DNA of 31,551 bases from a virus. Lineage: Duplodnaviria > Caudoviricetes. The translations under genes were made by a program, and so were the position numbers. The notes beneath the pieces are model-generated. The model had not been told where the DNA came from. It worked only from the letters and a program-made list of their open reading frames with translations, and made no database searches. This document shows positions 27,508-31,551 of this stretch, in pieces. The DNA lies in IMG/VR virus record IMGVR_UViG_3300020045_009140, positions 1 to 31,551 of that record; one strand, written 5' to 3'. The first letter of the stretch is position 1, and each line of letters opens with the position of its first letter.

Positions 27508-27684
27508 TTAAACTTTCGTCTTTTCCGACAATTTATGTGCAAATAATTTCACCAAAAATTTAATAGGGATAAATCTTGAAATAGTACGTAAAACTATACC
27601 GGCATTTGTGGTTGCTGGTGATTCTGAGTACCTTTTTGCGGCATTTTCAAGGACAAAAGTGATTTCTAACGGTATATCGTTCAT
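27508..27684 (-). CDS. Small protein, first gene of the late operon (58 aa, below track cutoff)
   Basis: MNDIPLEITFVLENAAKRYSESPATTNAGIVLRTISRFIPIKFLVKLFAHKLSEKTKV. Confidence 0.7.
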   Translation of the reverse strand: MNDIPLEITFVLENAAKRYSESPATTNAGIVLRTISRFIPIKFLVKLFAHKLSEKTKV

Positions 27685-27703
27685 GTGTGTATATATCTTT
27701 ATT

Positions 27704-27731
27704 TATATAACGATTGAACAATAGAATGATT
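27704..27731 (-). promoter_or_regulatory. Phage motif class B, AATCA-N14-CGTTATATA
   Basis: At the head of the tail operon; ECF-like CGTT -10 element. Confidence 0.6.
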
Positions 27732-27911
27732 TACTGATCTGGTTGTGGTTCGTGTTGGACACACCACACCGAGTTGGGTAGGTTGGGTAGATTATTTGCT
27801 TAGTGTTTTGTTCAGAGGGTCGGGCCAGGTCGATGGCCCTTTGGTAAAAGATTCATGTAATTTATTAAACATGTATTAGAAATCAACTATCACTAATCAT
27901 TCAAGAATTAG

Positions 27912-28103
27912 ACATATACAAATAATATGTTTACCCTTTTTTTATCATCAATCAATATCAATTATCCATCATCAATCAATCAACCATTAAAACATATACA
28001 AATAATATGTTTACCCTTTTTTTATCATCAATCAATAATCAATTATCCATCATCAATCAATCAACCATTAAAAACATATACAAATAATATGTTTACCCTT
28101 TTT
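27912..28103. repeat. Tandem repeat, ~80-82 bp unit x2.4
   Basis: Units start at 27912, 27992 and 28074 with ACATATACAAATAATATGTTTACCCTTTTT, followed by ATCA-rich tracts. Confidence 0.92.
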
Positions 28104-28161
28104 CATAAATAATACGACCGGCCCACCACAGGCCGTGGCTTAATATCACAAAACATTAAAA

Positions 28162-28202
28162 AATCCACCTATCAAAAAAGTAATATAAAAAGTTAATATA
28201 TA
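28162..28202 (+). promoter_or_regulatory. Phage motif class A, AATCCA-N27-AATATATA
   Basis: The only plus-strand copy; points into the polymerase-like gene. Confidence 0.6.
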
Positions 28203-28345
28203 GTATGTAAGAAATTATTATATAAACTTTTTTAAAGTTTTTGGATATAACTATTATAGAGGGTCCCGGGAAGTAATTAGCCCGGGTGCTGGACCTCTTA
28301 AAAAAACCAGAAAAACAAAAAATAATCCAGCATAAATTGACAACA

Positions 28346-29560
28346 ATGATTCCCACAACAATTATCGAGACGGTGCATGACTACACATCGATGACAAATT
28401 ACACACACAAACAAAAAATAGCATTAGAAAAAATACTATTAGAAATTTGGATTTTCATTTACGATAAACAAATAACAGATAAAGATTTTATCAATATGAA
28501 ATGCTACACAAATATCCACTCTAATGACCTATCACATTTCAGAATAAAAATAGATGGTAAAAATATTTCATCAAATAAATTAATAGACATCCTTGTAAGT
28601 CTTAAAATACTTTCAAAAAACGGAAAATACTCAACCGGATCCTTCACAAGTGCTTATAAAATAGAAACCTCAATACTTTCATTTGGAAATTTAACACAGG
28701 TTGAACTTGACATTGAAAAAGTTTTCAAAAATATAAGACCTAAATCACATTGGTTAGGCTTATACCCAAAATTCAGCCACCTAATAGAGGATATATATTC
28801 GACATCGATTAGATTGGATGATTATCTGCACTACTTATTAAATAATATCGGGATGCAATTACATCCAAAGACTGTAAAAATGAACATCAAAGGCAAAGAT
28901 ATATCCTTTGTCAAGGAACAATTCCTAACCGAAGCAAAAGCATTTCAATACATACACATGGCAATGAAAATAAATATTGGTAACATTTGGGTAGCTGAGT
29001 TCACCACCGGCAGATTCGCATCATCGGTGTCAAATATGTCATTTACAGCTACCAAATTTTTCCAAATGGATAGAAATAATTTGGTAGACATAGACATAAA
29101 GAACTCACAGCCATTATTATTGGCTTCATTAATCGATTGTCCAGCATATAAAAAAGATGTTGAAAATGGTATATTTTACGATAATATGGCTAAACAAATA
29201 TGCGAAATAAACAAGGAAGAGTACACCAAACAACACCGAGAAATGTTCAAAACGAACAGTTACAGATACATATTTTTCAATAACAATACATTGGGAACAA
29301 CGGGTGAGATAGCAAAAGCGATGAATAAACTTTACCCGGATGCATTAGACCAAATAAATAAATTAAAAGAGAATGGAACACTAGCTGGTAAACTTCAAAG
29401 ATTAGAGGCTGATATTTTTGTTGATTTTATTGGTGCACTAGGGATAAAAAAACTGCTTAGACATGACCAAGTACTGATTGCACCGGGATATGAACGAATG
29501 GTAAAAACATTACTCATAAATAAATATGCTGAGCTGGGTCTTAATGTAAGTTTTGGATAA
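28346..29560 (+). CDS. Family-A-polymerase-like (TV-Pol-type) putative replication protein
   Basis: GRF, motif A DIDIKNSQP, motif B REMFK..SY, LQRLE, motif C RHD; ATG 28346 preferred over GTG 28286. Confidence 0.65.
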   Translation: MIPTTIIETVHDYTSMTNYTHKQKIALEKILLEIWIFIYDKQITDKDFINMKCYTNIHSNDLSHFRIKIDGKNISSNKLIDILVSLKILSKNGKYSTGSFTSAYKIETSILSFGNLTQVELDIEKVFKNIRPKSHWLGLYPKFSHLIEDIYSTSIRLDDYLHYLLNNIGMQLHPKTVKMNIKGKDISFVKEQFLTEAKAFQYIHMAMKINIGNIWVAEFTTGRFASSVSNMSFTATKFFQMDRNNLVDIDIKNSQPLLLASLIDCPAYKKDVENGIFYDNMAKQICEINKEEYTKQHREMFKTNSYRYIFFNNNTLGTTGEIAKAMNKLYPDALDQINKLKENGTLAGKLQRLEADIFVDFIGALGIKKLLRHDQVLIAPGYERMVKTLLINKYAELGLNVSFG

Positions 29561-29892
29561 CTAAACGCATCGGTTTTGGTACACAAACTCGCGTTTTTTG
29601 GGTTGATTGGCCTAATTTATTTGATGATTTCAACCGTAAAAATGCCATTTATCGGACTAACGATGAAAAAATATGCTTATATTGAATATATGTATAAAAT
29701 GTGGTACCATCAATAAAATCAATACCTACCAAAGTTTAGCGCACGGGACCACTTCTGAATTAAATAAAATGTTTAATTTTAAACATTAAATTTGCGCATG
29801 CGAACAATTATTTAATGTATATTTGTCGAATAATATGTAACGTAAATAATTAACATTACATATTATAATAACACAAACTTTAATTTACATAT

Positions 29893-29930
29893 AAAAAAAG
29901 CCCAACCGTTTAAGATTGGACTTTAGTTTT
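29893..29930. terminator. Imperfect terminator hairpin
   Basis: AAAAAAAGCCCAA-ccgtttaaga-TTGGACTTT; T-tract on the minus strand after 29937..30089. Confidence 0.6.
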
Positions 29931-29936
29931 ATGTAC

Positions 29937-30089
29937 TTAGTAAAAGTACGAGTTAATAATAGATTTTAGAAAGTCAAAGATTTCACGAGAATTATCAATT
30001 AATACTCCAACGGTCAGGTTAGTAAGTATTGTTGAAATCCGTTTAACTATTGAACTTTTACGTTCTGGGTATTCTGGTTTATTTTCCAT
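29937..30089 (-). CDS. Small peptide (50 aa, below track cutoff)
   Basis: MENKPEYPERKSSIVKRISTILTNLTVGVLIDNSREIFDFLKSIINSYFY; lies between a promoter and a terminator. Confidence 0.45.
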   Translation of the reverse strand: MENKPEYPERKSSIVKRISTILTNLTVGVLIDNSREIFDFLKSIINSYFY

Positions 30090-30251
30090 TTAGGTTTAAT
30101 GTATTTGGAATTTGGATTTGGACTCCTACAGCCACAGCAGGTTGTGTTTTGTTTGTTAATTGTTTTCATAATTAAAAATATTAAGGTTGTACAATAAATA
30201 AAAGAACTTAATTCGCCATCCCAAATGGACGAACTTTTTTTGTTTTACCAA

Positions 30252-30283
30252 CAAAGGTACTAATAACAATCGCATTTTAACAA
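30252..30283 (-). promoter_or_regulatory. Bacteroidota primary-sigma promoter
   Basis: TTG-N21-TACCTTTG. Confidence 0.65.
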
Positions 30284-30344
30284 GTTTTTTTGTAATTATT
30301 TTTTCACAATACCACAAGACGCTTAAGGTCAAATACATACCAAC

Positions 30345-30378
30345 AAAAAACCACTAAATAATCTTAGTGGTTTTTTTT
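30345..30378. terminator. Bidirectional intrinsic terminator
   Basis: AAAAAACCACTAA-ataatc-TTAGTGGTTTTTTTT. Confidence 0.85.
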
Positions 30379-30670
30379 ATTTTAACAATTGACGTATCAA
30401 CATATCCCGGCGGTAAATCAGCAACATTTCCAGCTCGATTTGGTCCCAATTTTCCAGATCTTCATACCATTGCCCCGGGGGCTTATCCATCACATAACAT
30501 TCTATACTTTTTCGATGGACATCTATTTGATAGTCGATTCCGTTCCAATACTCACAATGGATTTCGTTCCATTCTATATTTTCACGCATGCGGTCGAAAC
30601 TATATTTGTGTTGTACGCTTTTGTCACCATCAATGGGTAATGGGTTGTAATATCTCTTATGGTTTGTCAT
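30377..30670 (-). CDS. Hypothetical protein
   Basis: 97 aa; ATGA overlap with the upstream ORF; ends RRDMLIRQLLK. Confidence 0.75.
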   Translation of the reverse strand: MTNHKRYYNPLPIDGDKSVQHKYSFDRMRENIEWNEIHCEYWNGIDYQIDVHRKSIECYVMDKPPGQWYEDLENWDQIELEMLLIYRRDMLIRQLLK

Positions 30671-30825
30671 GTATCAAGTTTATTTATCAACTCAATAAGC
30701 TTATCAAGGTCAACCAGTCGCTTCATATATGGCCTATATTTGGTCCCTTCCCATTTATTCACAGGTGTATTGACAATCGGTAATTTTTCCAATTCACTCA
30801 ATATTAATAATTTTACTTCATCCAT
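30667..30825 (-). CDS. Small hypothetical protein (52 aa, below track cutoff)
   Basis: MDEVKLLILSELEKLPIVNTPVNKWEGTKYRPYMKRLVDLDKLIELINKLDT; follows TTTAATATATAG. Confidence 0.65.
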   Translation of the reverse strand: MDEVKLLILSELEKLPIVNTPVNKWEGTKYRPYMKRLVDLDKLIELINKLDT

Positions 30826-30879
30826 ACACTATATATTAAATATTCAACGGCTTCAATAGAGGCGATTTAAGACACTGAA

Positions 30880-30923
30880 AATAAAAAAGCATCTACCAAT
30901 ACCGATTGTATTAATAAATGCTT
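30880..30923 (-). terminator. Terminator after LRR-like gene
   Basis: 16-bp stem with G.U pairs (AAGCATTTATTAATAC / GTATTGGTAGATGCTT) followed by a T-tract on the minus strand. Confidence 0.7.
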
Positions 30924-30963
30924 GTAATATGTGGTAATGTGAGTGGTGATGGTAAGAACGTGA

Positions 30964-31503
30964 CTAACTTAATAGTTCTTTGATTGATTGGGTGCGATTA
31001 TAAATTTTCATTAAATTTTCATCAGCACAAAAAAAACCACCTATACATACTGGTATCCCGTCCAATGAAGTTAGTTTATTAAAAATACACATATAATACC
31101 CACCCACTGTAACCGGTCCACCAATTAAATTAGTTAATTTATTAACACCACAACTAAAAGCCCCACCTACCCTAACCGGTGAACCCTCTAATGAAGTTAA
31201 TTGATTTTCACTACAATAAAAATTACCCCCTATACTCACCGGTGAACCCACCAGAGAAGTCAATCGATTACTGCTACAATTATAAGTACCACCAACGTTA
31301 ACTGGTACACCCACTAATGAAGTCAAATGGTTATTCCTACAATCGAAATTACCACTGACTTTATTAAATACCAATGGTAAAGCAATCAATTTACAAAAAC
31401 TTAAATCAACCTCACCATCCACATCAATAGACATATCATCATTGATTGTGTAGTTTACAATTTCATATTTCTTACAAATAATTTTAATCTCTTCTGTTGT
31501 CAT
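30964..31503 (-). CDS. Leucine-rich-repeat-like protein
   Basis: Five 21-aa repeats VGGxFxCxxNxLTSLxGxPxx (63-bp period). Confidence 0.88.
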   Translation of the reverse strand: MTTEEIKIICKKYEIVNYTINDDMSIDVDGEVDLSFCKLIALPLVFNKVSGNFDCRNNHLTSLVGVPVNVGGTYNCSSNRLTSLVGSPVSIGGNFYCSENQLTSLEGSPVRVGGAFSCGVNKLTNLIGGPVTVGGYYMCIFNKLTSLDGIPVCIGGFFCADENLMKIYNRTQSIKELLS

Positions 31504-31551
31504 TTTATTTATACTTTAGCTTGTGCAGATTTTGATTTTATTTGCGCCTTA
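31431..31551. repeat. Terminal direct repeat, right copy
   Basis: Identical to 1-121. Confidence 0.97.

Larger units (their letters stand above)
1..31551. mobile_element. Complete temperate siphovirus-like phage genome (excised/circular form), probable Flavobacteriaceae host
   Basis: Terminase, portal, protease, capsid, tail tube, tape measure, lysis and integrase genes are present; exact terminal overlap; no tail sheath gene seen; Bacteroidota-type promoters. Confidence 0.93.

Noticed and set aside
27912-28103. CRISPR-like array
   Set aside because: Units are near-identical along their full length with no unique spacers; no cas genes.
27927-28112. 61-aa ORF in the tandem repeat
   Set aside because: A by-product of a G-poor repeat; frames differ between units.
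196-30859. Many plus-strand track ORFs (e.g. 3985..4506, 18171..18710, 19395..19853, 30367..30783) and minus ORFs 7441..7638, 29395..29586
   Set aside because: They are antisense shadows of well-supported genes with no recognisable motifs.
1-31551. Stop-codon reassignment, tRNA genes, introns or inteins
   Set aside because: Standard-code ORFs tile densely, and TAG and TGA both end coherent genes; no cloverleaf or splicing motifs noticed by eye (no covariance search run).

Overview
The window appears to be a complete, circularly assembled temperate tailed phage of about 31,430 bp: positions 1-121 are repeated exactly at 31431-31551. It is AT-rich, with TAnnTTTG-type promoters, A-rich SD-less translation starts and a Bacteroidota-type lipoprotein, which point to a Flavobacteriaceae/Bacteroidota host (inference). 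Most genes are on the minus strand: tail and head module (27.7-14.6 kb), SGNH tailspike, holin, M15 endolysin, a large serine integrase next to an apparently intact attP-like palindrome, an ECF-like sigma factor, TerS/TerL, and an accessory cluster with a second serine recombinase. The only replication candidate is a plus-strand 404-aa protein with family-A polymerase motifs behind hairpins and 80-bp tandem repeats. No repressor is recognisable. The most striking unexplained signal is three ORF-free promoter-to-terminator units whose predicted small RNAs are each complementary to the 5' end of a different accessory-cluster mRNA, two of them 4-6 kb away. Other signals are two phage-specific promoter-like motifs, a -1 frameshift in the tail chaperone and three G.A-sheared hairpins. 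All calls come from reading motifs by eye; no database searches were run.
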